A stretch of 64,000 nucleotides of DNA from Balamuthia mandrillaris (lineage: Eukaryota), in the NCBI GenBank assembly GCA_031835245.2, contig JAVKOQ020000023.1:248001-312000 (forward strand). The letters run 5' to 3'. The first letter of the stretch is position 1; each line of letters starts with the position of its first letter. Below are positions 27,180 through 37,903 of the stretch, piece after piece. Under the pieces are notes generated by a model, which worked only from the letters and a program-made list of their open reading frames with translations, did not search any database and was not told the DNA's origin. Made by a program: the position numbers and the translations under genes.

Positions 27180-27339
27180 ACAAAGCAAACGAAACAAAAA
27201 CTAACACGAAGAACCTCCTATCAGCATTGCGTCGTGGGATGTGGACACCTTGAAAGAGTTTCTGGATGCCAAGTTGGCCTCCGCGCCTTCGTCTTCTTCG
27301 ACCACCCGCAACAGCAATGAAGATGATATCAGCCTTTAA
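26522..27339 (+). CDS. Selenoprotein F (Sep15)-like ER protein lacking Sec/Cys at the redox motif, 4 exons
   Basis: Signal peptide; Cys-rich domain CVGLGFTSSLVCSSCEEL...ECKRCC; thioredoxin-like ATLTISKSFWRFYPQL, YPNLEI, IASWDVDTLKEFLDAKL; ends EDDISL*. Confidence 0.85.
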
Positions 27340-27375
27340 AAACAAATGGTTCGTGAGAGAGAAACTTAAAATAGT

Positions 27376-27406
<31 letters not shown>

Positions 27407-27690
27407 AGGAGGAGGATAGTTTGTTTTTGTTTAGGATTCTTTAATACTATTAATATTATTATTTACAAACAAATAATAAACAAAAGAAAAAAATAGGAAG
27501 TGCTGCAATGTGTGATAACAAACAAAAATACAAGTGAAGAAGCAGAAGACAAAGTTAAAAGAAAAGAGAGGGAGACCATCATCATAGAACAAGAGCCCCC
27601 TCACAGAAAAGAAAAGAAAAGAAAGGAAAGATGACATCGTCACCAGAAGGAAAAAGAAAAAAAGAAAGCATCAAGGAGAGAGAGCAAGGC

Positions 27691-30366
27691 TCAGTTGGAA
27701 GAAGAAGCACCGTTGTTCTTCCTCTCGCGGGCACGTCTGTTTTGGAACCAAATCTGCACTCGCTCCTGAGAGAGTCCGATCTGCTGCGAGATGACCTCTT
27801 TGGTCTGACGGGTGGGCAGCGGGTTCATACGAAAGGCTTCCTCCAGGACAAAGAGCTGCCTGGCGTTGGGACAAATGCGCTTCAAGCGTTGTCTCTTGTT
27901 TTTGTTTGAAGAAGAAGTGGAAGGAGGAGAGTCGGTTGAAGCGGAAGGGGGAGGGGAAGTGGATGTTGATGTTTCGGTCGGATCCCGCTTTTGCTTTCTG
28001 TTGTTGCTCTTCATCTTAGTTGCTCTCTTCTTTTTGCTGTCTTCTTCTAAGGTAGGATGTGTTACGTTTGTGGGTGATTCCTCGCCAAGACTCTGCTCTA
28101 ACTTGACTTGTGCCAAAGTAGGAATATTGGAGGAAGAGACAAAGTGTTGTTGTGGCTGGTTCGTCGCAGGCACAACAACCGGATAGGAAGGAACTCGTGG
28201 CGCCAAACAGGATTGTATCGAGTTTGTTCTACCAACTGGCGAAGAAAAAGAAGAAGACAGGAAAGAGGCGGCAGGTTGTTGTACGCCATCGATACCGTCA
28301 CAGCTACCAAGCTTGTATATGTCCAACGTAACATTTGGTCGAATGCCACCAGAGACTGTGCTTGAGGCAGAAGCAGGGCCAGGATACGAATGACGCTTTT
28401 GGTCGGTTCTGCCACAAGCTGGAGCAGATGATCGTCTGTTGTTAGAGGAAGAGGATTGTTGTTGGTTTTCGAGCAACAACAGTTGTTGGCGAAGGCGAAG
28501 TTGGATCTGCTTTTGCTTCTCGCAGAGCAGTTGGATCTCATCTGTGGGTTCATGAGCTACAGCTCCGCTTGCAGAAGCAGCAGAAAAAGATCCGCGGTAC
28601 AGTGACGTGAACGGAGACTGGGGAGGGCTGTGAGAAAGTCTCCATTGATGAATCGCCCTTTCGCAGCTGGCCACCCCTTCGTCGGACGACGGACTGGAAC
28701 TTCTTCTGTTGATCTGCCAGTCCGGCATTGTTGACTCCGGCCTTGTGGTTGTCGCTCTCTCTTGGTCCATATCGTTGCTCTTCCTATCAACAGGCACGAA
28801 TCGGTGATGCGGTTGCAGAGGAGGGCACTCGCCGGAGAGCATTTGAACGCGTGCTCTCTTGCTGGCAGCAACAAGCAGCTGAGCGGCTTCTACTGGGTGC
28901 TGAATGACTCTCTGGTAGGAAGTTGTCTCGTGATTGTTTTGGCTACTGTTCATCATCATCATTCTCTTCATCATCATCTCCTCCTGACTTCTTTTTCTTC
29001 CCCTTCCATCTGCCAGTTGGTGTTGCTGTGCTGGGAAAGAAGAAGCACTGTTCATCTTCGGTGCCAGATGGTGAGGTTGAAACTCGATCTGCAAAGGCGG
29101 AAGCTGAAATGAAGAAGTGCAGGGGATGTTCGGCATGGATGAGGACAGCGGAGGCAATCGGATGCGCTCAGTCTCTCCCTCTTCCTTCTCCTCTTCCTCC
29201 ATCTTTTGCCACCGTTGGAATGGAATGAAGGCGGAGCTCGAGGATGACGATGAAGACGCAAAGGAAGAAGGAGAAGAAGAAGAGCGTGGACGACAACGAA
29301 GTATAGCACTATCTTTGTCGTCATCAGCAACAGTGCCGAGCAAGGAAGAAGACGAAGGAGAGCGAGGAGGAGACGACGACGGAGAAGAGGCCGTGCAACC
29401 GTCTTGCAGTGACGAGAAAGAGAAGCAGCTGTCCTCTGCCAGCGTCTTCTGTAGTGGTTGTGGCTGTGAAGTGCTTCGTGCACGTGTGGCAATGGTAGTG
29501 GTAGTGGCCAACGATGGAAGCTGCCACAATGACGACGCATCACTGGCTGCAAAGTTGTTCACAAAAGGAACTGCAGTGCTACGCGGGCGACTGTGGTTTC
29601 TTCGTTGGGGAGCTCCCGGAGAGGACGCTGACGCCACAGGTTTCTCCACTTCGCTGTTGTCTTCGTGGTGGCCAGGATCAGTCTTCTCGTTCTTGGTGGA
29701 GGCAGGGGTTCCAACCGGGGATCCCCTTCTTCGGTGGTGCGGCTGTTGGCTGCTGGTGGACCCTCTTCTTCTTCGGTGGGGCTGCTGCTGTTGCTGCTGC
29801 TGCAGTGGCAACGGAGCCACCAACAAGTCAGCAAAGCTACGCTGTGGTTGGATGCCTCCTCTATTCTCCCCTGCAGCTGCTACGTTTTTTGCCAGGTAGA
29901 CAAACGAAGCCGCAGCAGAGGAAGAACGTTCGAGCTCCAGGGATGTAGCCGCCATCGAGAGCATTGGTAACAGTCCGTTCCTATGGTCGTTGTCCGCTAC
30001 TTCGTTTTCTGTCAAAAAAGTAGTGGTTGTCGGTTGAATGCCCTGCTTAGTGGTGGTGGTGTCTTCCGTGGGTGGCGCGTGTGGTGTTGTTTGTGTGATG
30101 AGAGAAGAAGAAAAAGCGGCGGAGAGTTGATCAACGGAAGTAGCGGCGGTGGGATTTTTTGGGTTGTCCGTTGATGATGACGAGGAAGATGGAGGAACGA
30201 GCAGAATTGGGGAGGTCGTGGTCGTTGAGGGCGCAGCAGGGGTGGCCAGAGCGGTGCTGCTGCTGTTGACGGCGCCCAACGTTTCCTCCGTGTCTGTGTC
30301 CTTTGAGGCGGATGGCAACCAACAGGAGATCTTCATCCTGAAACAAGGTAAGCGAGAGAAGAGCAA
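27691..30366 (-). CDS. Homeodomain transcription factor (long low-complexity N-terminus, C-terminal homeobox); probably further in-frame upstream exon(s) near 30547-30778
   Basis: KRQRLKRICPNARQLFVLEEAFRMNPLPTRQTKEVISQQIGLSQERVQIWFQNRRARERK; a donor AG|GTGAGT near 30547 joins in frame to MKISCW. Confidence 0.88.
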   Translation of the reverse strand: MLFSRLPCFRMKISCWLPSASKDTDTEETLGAVNSSSTALATPAAPSTTTTSPILLVPPSSSSSSTDNPKNPTAATSVDQLSAAFSSSLITQTTPHAPPTEDTTTTKQGIQPTTTTFLTENEVADNDHRNGLLPMLSMAATSLELERSSSAAASFVYLAKNVAAAGENRGGIQPQRSFADLLVAPLPLQQQQQQQPHRRRRGSTSSQQPHHRRRGSPVGTPASTKNEKTDPGHHEDNSEVEKPVASASSPGAPQRRNHSRPRSTAVPFVNNFAASDASSLWQLPSLATTTTIATRARSTSQPQPLQKTLAEDSCFSFSSLQDGCTASSPSSSPPRSPSSSSLLGTVADDDKDSAILRCRPRSSSSPSSFASSSSSSSSAFIPFQRWQKMEEEEKEEGETERIRLPPLSSSMPNIPCTSSFQLPPLQIEFQPHHLAPKMNSASSFPAQQHQLADGRGRKRSQEEMMMKRMMMMNSSQNNHETTSYQRVIQHPVEAAQLLVAASKRARVQMLSGECPPLQPHHRFVPVDRKSNDMDQERATTTRPESTMPDWQINRRSSSPSSDEGVASCERAIHQWRLSHSPPQSPFTSLYRGSFSAASASGAVAHEPTDEIQLLCEKQKQIQLRLRQQLLLLENQQQSSSSNNRRSSAPACGRTDQKRHSYPGPASASSTVSGGIRPNVTLDIYKLGSCDGIDGVQQPAASFLSSSFSSPVGRTNSIQSCLAPRVPSYPVVVPATNQPQQHFVSSSNIPTLAQVKLEQSLGEESPTNVTHPTLEEDSKKKRATKMKSNNRKQKRDPTETSTSTSPPPSASTDSPPSTSSSNKNKRQRLKRICPNARQLFVLEEAFRMNPLPTRQTKEVISQQIGLSQERVQIWFQNRRARERKNNGASSSN

Positions 30367-31717
30367 GACGGGTCAGAGCAGATTTTGGGAGCTAAACACA
30401 TGAATTAAGGAGTTGTAGCGAGAGGCGCATTCGAAGAATGGGTACAACTATGCTAAAATGATCATTCTCCCTTTTCTTTGGCCAAAGCGCATCGCTCCAA
30501 ATCCGTAATGAAAGGCGGGATAAGGAAAGGAGGGGAGTTCGACTCACCTTTTGCCGGTTTTGAATTTAAACGGGAAGATACGGGCAAGTTGTAGTAGCTT
30601 GGGGGAGATTTGAGGTGGCTCGTGAATGAGGGATTGGAGTGTTGAGCGGCGGAACAAAGTAGTTGTTGGCCTCAAATGGGGGCTTCGCGTGTGATGGCCT
30701 TGACAGAGGTAGTGTGGGTGTTGTTGCTGCAGTCGCCGTGTACAACCGTTCCCACAAAAAAAATGCTTCAATATCCACCTACAAAAAAACCCAGAGCAGA
30801 GAGGGGTTGCACTTCTTTTTGCTCTTGGTAGTGCAGCTCCTGCGGAGGTCGTTTTTTTGATTGCAGTAGCTTCGTGTGTGTTGCGTCAGTACAGTCTGTA
30901 CTTTTTTTTTCTTTTGCTTGTGCCTGTGGAGAAGATGGCTTGACCGAATAAAAAAACAAAAGCCGAATAGAGCTCCCTTCTTTTTTTTATTTATATTGCC
31001 CATGTCTATTTGCCAGTGTCGGTCTCATCGGTCATCCGCACTTCCGCTGAAAATATCCATGACACAATGTCCCAAAACCAATATTCCGTTTGCGAGAGAC
31101 GTTCTTTTCGATAGCGCAACGCCTTAATTGTCAAAAAAGAACCAGATCCAACACCGATGTTTAGAGAGCAGTCAATTTTGGGATGCCTGACGTGCGATTT
31201 GCCGCCGCCTTTTAGATTGTTGGGATTGAACATTTCTTCTGGATGGAACTCTATTTGGGCGTTAGTGCAGGAAATCTCGCGGAGGGAAGCAACAATTTTG
31301 GATGGCCATTCTATTAATGAGGGGTGGTTGTTTTGTTAGAGCGGTTCGAGGTTGACCGAACCGCAGATCGAGTCCTTTCTTGTTTGACTGCGGCAACTCG
31401 GGAGAAAACACGAACAAAAACAGAGAGGGTGAACAAGGCAGCACCTCATATTTGTCAGAGCTCAACCCCAGAATGATATATGTCATAGAAATTGAGCAGC
31501 CCAATAGTGTGCGGCGGTCTTCTTCCGCCCAATGCACAAGGAGGGAATTTCGAGCTAAAAACCAATCGAAAAAGGAGAAATTTAAGTAATTAATGGAATT
31601 GGATTGTAACCCCAATGGAATATCAAAGGGAGTTGGCCAATGGTATGAAAAAATATGGTGTGCACAAATCCTGCCCTACTTCAGCAAAAAAAAAGAATGC
31701 TAAGCAATATGGAGGGA

Positions 31718-32335
31718 TTAGCTGAGGTCCAGCACCAAGGCCACATTGTCTCGGTCCAGGAAATCGACACACTCGCACTCGTGGCTGGCGGCTTGAGCGG
31801 TGTAGAAGCGGCCGTAGCCGTAGGGCGGCTGGTGCCACGTGTCCACGTTGATGGTCACCGAGCGCGAGCCATCAAACTTGAACAAGCGTAGGTCCTCCGC
31901 GCGAAGCTTCTCCGTCGGAATGTCCGAAGCGGCAAGAAGGAGCGCAAAGGGCTGTCCCTCCAAAGGGGCGAACAACTGCTCGCTGGTAGGGTGCTTATTC
32001 ACTTCCCTCGTAAGAAACTTCTCTTCCACCGCTTCTTCCTCCACGGCAAGGCCCGTTGTGTACTCGTCCGCTTTGATGCCGTTGTTCTTGGCACGGATGC
32101 TCTCCCCATCGCGACGCACGACGAACTCTCCGTGGGCTATTTCGGCTCCCTCCACCGTGGTGTAGACGTTCTCCCGCAGCTTGTTCATGTCGTGCACGAC
32201 ATAGCGGCCGTAGCGTTGGAACGACTCGGCATCAGGGTTATGAACGACCGGCACGTGAACCAGCTGGGCGCCTTGGAAGGCCTTGCGAGAGTGGTCAGCG
32301 TAGCCAGAGGGGTTGTTGTTGTTGTTGTTGTTCAT
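31718..32335 (-). CDS. Ureidoglycolate lyase/hydrolase (AllA)-like cupin protein, single exon
   Basis: ESFQRYG, REVNKHPTSEQLFAPL, LRLFKFDGSRSVTINVDTWHQPP match the AllA/DAL3 pattern (E-x-H-P...Q-x-F-x-P; F...G..V......WH). Confidence 0.7.
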   Translation of the reverse strand: MNNNNNNNPSGYADHSRKAFQGAQLVHVPVVHNPDAESFQRYGRYVVHDMNKLRENVYTTVEGAEIAHGEFVVRRDGESIRAKNNGIKADEYTTGLAVEEEAVEEKFLTREVNKHPTSEQLFAPLEGQPFALLLAASDIPTEKLRAEDLRLFKFDGSRSVTINVDTWHQPPYGYGRFYTAQAASHECECVDFLDRDNVALVLDLS

Positions 32336-32544
32336 TCTTCTATCAGCGCACTCTCTCTTTCTTTTCTCAAAGGGTGCTTCACGGGGCAAACAAAAAAATA
32401 GAAAGCAAAGGATTATTCAGATAACTGCCGAAATTATCAACCAACAAAACTTTAAAAGGTATGGAAACTCGAATAATCGATAAATTATCAAGAAAAAGTA
32501 CACGTAGTCGACAAAATTGCAACCCACGATCCAACAGGTTATAA

Positions 32545-32950
32545 TTACAACAGTAGCGATGAAAGAGTGGCGCCACAACCGCCATCCTCATTGCCATCCT
32601 CATTGGTGCCGTCTTCTTCTCCATCACTATTGCCATCAGCTGTCCCAGTGCTGCTGCCGCTGTCTATGCTGCCTTCAGGACAGAAAGTAATGGTATAGTC
32701 TCCTTCGTCAGAGCACGCATGTGTATTCTCGTCGTCCTTTGGAGAGAGAGAGAGAGTCAATGAATTGAACCAAGCAATTGATAACTTCAACTTACAATAG
32801 GCATCAGCACAATTATCCTCGTTTACAGACGGATCTCCTAGACAATACAAGTCATGGCATTCAGATTGTAGCCTCATCGGACCATTATATCCTGTTTCAC
32901 CGCCAACATCCACGCAGCACTATCGCGCAAAAGTACTGTGAGGGCAAGAG

Positions 32951-32994
<44 letters not shown>

Positions 32995-33452
32995 AGGTGC
33001 CACAGAGAACGCATGCCCTAGATAGAGTGAGAGAGAGAGAGAGAGAGAGAGAGGATCTACCTGGTAAGAGAAGCACTGGTCTCCAGGACAGCCTGGCGGA
33101 ATAACCGAAATATCATAAAAGTCTAAGTCGGAGAACCCTACACGCGCATACTCACCTAAGAAAAAGCACAGCCGCCCACAATAGATAAGAAACGTTTACC
33201 TGTATTGAAAGAAAACTCGGCCAAGGTAGCGCTTGCCTCTGTGCCATGCTGAAACTTGCCGCTGACTGGGCCGGCAGGAATGGTCCAAGTCCCCTCTCCG
33301 CCGTTCCCCTCCAAAGTGAAGAGCAGCTCCGTATTCCAGTAGATATCTCTAGAGGTGGCACATTCGTTCACAAGAGTTACGGCGCGACCCTGCGCCAGGT
33401 GGCAAAACAGGGGCAGAGCAACGAGAAGAGCCCACCACGAGAGTGCGTGCAT
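32545..33452 (-). CDS. Secreted thaumatin-like (PR-5 fold) protein, multi-exon
   Basis: Signal peptide, VTLVNEC, ATLAEFSFN, DFYDISVIPPGC, GYNGPM, CADAY..PKDDENTHAC, YTITFCP; acidic tail. Confidence 0.85.
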
Positions 33453-34043
33453 GTTTGTTGGTTTCGTTTATTGTATTTTGCTTTTTATTTTTTGTTATTG
33501 AATTGTTATTGAATTAATTGCTTGGCGATTCGCAGCTTTTACTTTAGGCGAAAAGGCAATGGGCTACAGGTCTTCCCGCTAATAAACTGAGATGAAGACA
33601 ATCGACGCCGAGATACCTGCGGACCCTGGGTGAGGGCATAGCTCATTGCAAAAGAGTTGGCCGGTTGCAGACACCTATGTACGTTCTCCACTCAATACAC
33701 TGGGGGAAAAAAAAACAATCATATTCCAGAAGGAATGACCCAGTAGAGCGAGAAAGGCCAAGATCCTTTTTCATTGAGCACTCAAGCGAACTCAGGTCGT
33801 TTTGGAAGGAGTTTTTTTTTTGTTCAGCAAGGCTTCAAAACAACTCAGGATGTCAATGGGACCACAGAGCTTGCATTCCAGGAAGACCTGCCCCAAAGGA
33901 ACATGCAGGAGTGAGCCAGCGTTTCTGTCGACACGTTTTTTTGAACTTTTCATTGTGCGAAAATTTTCCTCGAAAAACTTTCACCAGTGAAAAAAAACCT
34001 TCAACAGGAAGCAGAGGAGAGAGAGCGGAGCAGAGTCGCAAGA

Positions 34044-37000
34044 ATGCAGCAACCCTGGGCCAGCCCAGAGTACGCCAATGCCTGCACCTTGGTGCCAGCA
34101 GCTGCCGTGACTGAGGAGGAGGCCCGAAGCGCCAAAGCTTCGAGCAGTGGTGGTGGCGTTGCACCGCCGCCTCCTCCCGAACCGAGATCCCGAGCGTGGC
34201 GCTCCTACATGGAAGCCAAGAAGGAGAAGCTGACGGAGCAGTTTAGGTTTGTCAAACAAAACGAAACTTTTTTTATAGTCTCCCTTGCTCTTCTTACTCT
34301 TTTTTGTGTTGGAAAAAAAAAACAGAAATGTGTCCTACTATGAAGAGACGGAAACTGCGGTGCATAGTTCTATCTTCAAAAACGTTGTCATTTGGGTCAA
34401 CGGATACACTACGGTGCACTTCTTCTCTTGTGCTTCGTCGTTGCTTTCTTCTCCGATGTTTTTTGTTTCTTGTTCTTTTATTAGCTTATTTTTTTTCTCC
34501 TAGTTATTCTTGTTCTTATGCTTCTTGTGCCTCTTCTTCTTTTTCTTCTTCTTGTGCTTCTTCTTCTGCTTCTTCTTCATCTTCTTTCTCTACTGTGTTT
34601 TCTTCTCCATTTTCTTCATTTTCCTTGTTCTTGTGGTCTTATTGCTGTTTCTTTTGCCTCTTGTATAGCCAAGTCTGCATGACTTGAGAAGAATGGTGGT
34701 TGCCAATGGTGGAAGCTTTGTTCAGTACTTCAATGGCACAGTTACCCACATTGTTGCCTGTAACCTTACTAATGCCAAACACGACCAATACAGGTACTCT
34801 CTTTCTTCTTCTCCTTCTCTCGTTCGAGCTTTTGTTGTTCTTCTTCATTTTCTTATTTTCTGCTCTTCCTCCTTCTGTATAGTGACTTAATCGTTTCTTT
34901 TTTCTAAACAGTAATCGCAAAGCAAAGGTGGTGAGACCTGAATGGCTAGTGGACAGCGTTCGTGAAGGCAAGCAATTGCCTTCCACCAATTATCTCTTGG
35001 AGAAACCGACTTCTTCCAGTTCTAAAACAACCGAGATGACTCGTGGTCATTCTAGCCACCAAGGAAGAACAGCAACCGATCCCAACTTTCTGGAATCGTA
35101 CTTCAAGTCCTCTCGCCTACACCATCTTTCCACGTGGAGATCACAGTTCGAGGAAGAACTGAAACAATACTTGCAATCGTTGGAACCTGAAGAAAAGGAA
35201 AAGGAGAGAAGGGATGAGGCTACAAAAAGGACTCATCTCATTGCCTTTGAAAAGAAAGAAGACATAAAGAAACTGATTAAAAATAGAAGTCCAGGAGAGG
35301 AAGAGGAAGAGGAAGAGGAAGAAGATTATGTGGATATGGAGGAAAGTGAGGAATTCGAGTCGACAATGCCAGTGCAACGCCGAAAGGAGAGTCCACCATC
35401 CCGAGTTATAATGCACGTTGATATGGTTTGTGTTTGTTTTCTCGCTCTTCAAGAGGCTGTTCCGCTAACATCTTCCATTCGGAATGGACATTTACAGGAT
35501 TGCTTTTTCGCATCTGTGGCCCTTCTCGATCGTCCTGAGTTTGTTTTTTTTTTTTTTGACTTCTGTTTCTCTTCGCTTCTTATCTAACAGGGCTTGTTTT
35601 TTTCAATCTTGTTGAACAGGTTGAAAGGTAAACCAATCGTGGTTTGCCACAGCGACTCTCCCAAAGGGACCAGTGACATAGCTTGCGCCTCCTACGAAGC
35701 GCGCAAATATGGCGTGAAGAATGGTATGTTGGTAGGAATGGCAAAGGAGCTGTGTCCACAATTGGTAGCCGTGCCGTACGACTTTGATAAGTATGAAAAG
35801 ATATCGAAGCAGATGTACAAAATATTCGCTCGCTATACGCGTCGCATCCAGGTGGTTAGCTGCGATGAGGCATTGCTTGACCTTAGCGACCATCCTGTTG
35901 ATCCTTGTGATGTTGCTCACAAACTTCGTAGGTTTGTGTGTTTGTTGGTTACTTCTCCTTCTTTCTTTCTCTATTCCGTGTTTCTTTTCCTGCATTGTTT
36001 TCTGATATTTTGATGTTGCTGTTACATCTAGCGATATATTTGCAGAAACAGGTTGCACAGCATCTGCTGGAATCGGTCACAACATCTTGCTGGCCAAACT
36101 AGCAACCCGCAAAGCCAAACCCAACGGACAATATTTGCTCTCTGCCGCAGAAGCTCCTCTTGTCTTGGCCACGTTGCCTGTTGCGTCTCTTCCCGGCATT
36201 GGCTGGAAGCTTCGTAAACGATTGAAAAATCTGAAGAGCAACGTTGAAAACTGCTCTGACATTCTTCGTGTGGACAAAGAGGAGCTTCATCAACAATTTG
36301 GGCAGAAACTTGGAGAGAAGATTTGGAACTATGCTCGAGGTATTGATGAACGTCCTTTACAGCTTAATAAGGTCTCGTTATTTCTCCTATGTTCTTTCTT
36401 TCTACTTGCCATGTTGTTTACTTACATTCAAATTCAGGTAAGGAAGTCAATGGGAGTGGATGTGAATTGGGGTATCCGGTTCACTCAAATGGAAGAAATG
36501 CGCAACTTCATGCTTGCTTTATCACAAGAGCTTTCCAACCGGTTGCAAAAAGCCTCCTTGAAAGGCCACAGTCTTGTCCTCAAGGTTTTATTGCTCTCTG
36601 TCGCCTTCTTTCGACTTTCTTCTTATCTTTCCTTTTTTCCAATCGAAAATATAAAGCTTAAGAAAAGAAAAGAAGATGCGCCAGAAGCTTACAAATATTT
36701 AGGACATGGCATCGTCGACTCTCTTAGTCGATCCACTTCTCTCTCCTCCTTCACCGACTCGCAGGCAATCATTTTCGAGGAGAGCTGGCGACTGTGGACT
36801 CAACTTAAAGTGGCAGTTGAGGACGTTCGCGGGGTTGGCATCCATATGCAACGTTTGAATAACAACAGCAACAATAGGAATGAAGCGAACCAAGAAAGGA
36901 AGAAGACAAGCAACGTTACCTTGTTTACAGCCTTCGAGAGGCAACGAAACAAACAACTCAACGCAGAATCGGAAAAACAGCACCAACAACCAAATCGAAC

Positions 37001-37831
37001 AGGAGAAAGAAACGAACAAAAAGCAGCGAAAGAAGTTGCATCGGTTGTTGTTGCTGCGAACAAGAAGAAAGCGACAACGCCAACGAAGCCGACAAGCACA
37101 AAAAGAGGAAGACGAAAACGCGACAACGAAGACACCATCACGCTTACTCAACGTTACCGCATCAACACAAACAAGAAGAAGGAAAAGCAACCTCTTCTTG
37201 TACCTCCGTTGGTAGCTGAAAACGAGAACGAGAAGGAAATAGAAGAAACGAAGAGAAGAAAAACTACAACCACTAATGCTGTTGTGCCGTTACATTTGGA
37301 ACCGGTGGAAAAGATGCTCTCACTGTTAAATGTTGGCGAGGAAAAGGGTATTGGTGAACGACTTTCCTTTGGACAGTATGCGCAAACCTTTCGGCATTGG
37401 ATAGGCGAAAAGGCACCGATGCTGGTTTGTATCTTTCATTCCTCTTTTTTTTATTATTTCTGACTTGTGTATCTCTCAACAACAGGAACAGGAAAGCGAG
37501 GAGTTAACAGAAATATTGGTGGGGTACATTCACCGCTGCCTTGAAGATAAACTATTGGAAGACGCACATGCTGTGCTGCTTACTCTTTGCCTGTAACTAT
37601 TTTTTCTTTGTTTATTCATTTATTTATTTATTTTTTGCCCATTTCGCTAACATTATTTCGCTCTGTTGTTACAAAAGGGAGGCCAAGCGAACCACGTCCA
37701 TTCAACCCCTGTTCGACGCGGTTTTAAGGGAGGCCACAAGCCTCCTCCGTCAGCATTACCGGCGACCAGGCCTCCGCTTCCCCTTCTCTCCCTTCTTCAG
37801 CACGAACCAAGGAACCAGCCACCCAACGTGA
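34044..37831 (+). CDS. REV1: DNA repair protein REV1 (BRCT plus Y-family deoxycytidyl transferase), multi-exon
   Basis: YMEAKKEKLTEQF, IFKNVVIWVNGYT (BRCT), VVRPEWLVDSV, YFKSSRLHHLSTW, IMHVDM|DCFFASV, IACASYEARKYGVKNGM, VSCDEALLD, RKSMGVDVNWGIRF, KYLGHG. Confidence 0.95.
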
Positions 37832-37903
37832 CCGCGTCCATTATGAAGATCTTCTTCTCTTCTCTCGCCACGTTTCTTCCGAAATTCCTTTTTGTCTTTT
37901 ATT

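Noticed and set aside
27340..27690. SECIS element after the SELENOF-like gene
   Set aside because: There is no in-frame TGA to recode, and the 3' region is low-complexity A/G-rich without an evident SECIS stem.
31000..31700. Short ORFs and a small hairpin (GCGGTTCG...CGAACCGC near 31340) upstream of the homeobox gene
   Set aside because: An isolated hairpin with no protein motifs; probably regulatory or UTR sequence.
33633..33675. GGGCATAGCTCA...TTGCAGA resembling the 5' half of tRNA-Cys
   Set aside because: No GG in the D-loop, no anticodon stem, no GTTCRA T-arm and no acceptor pairing.
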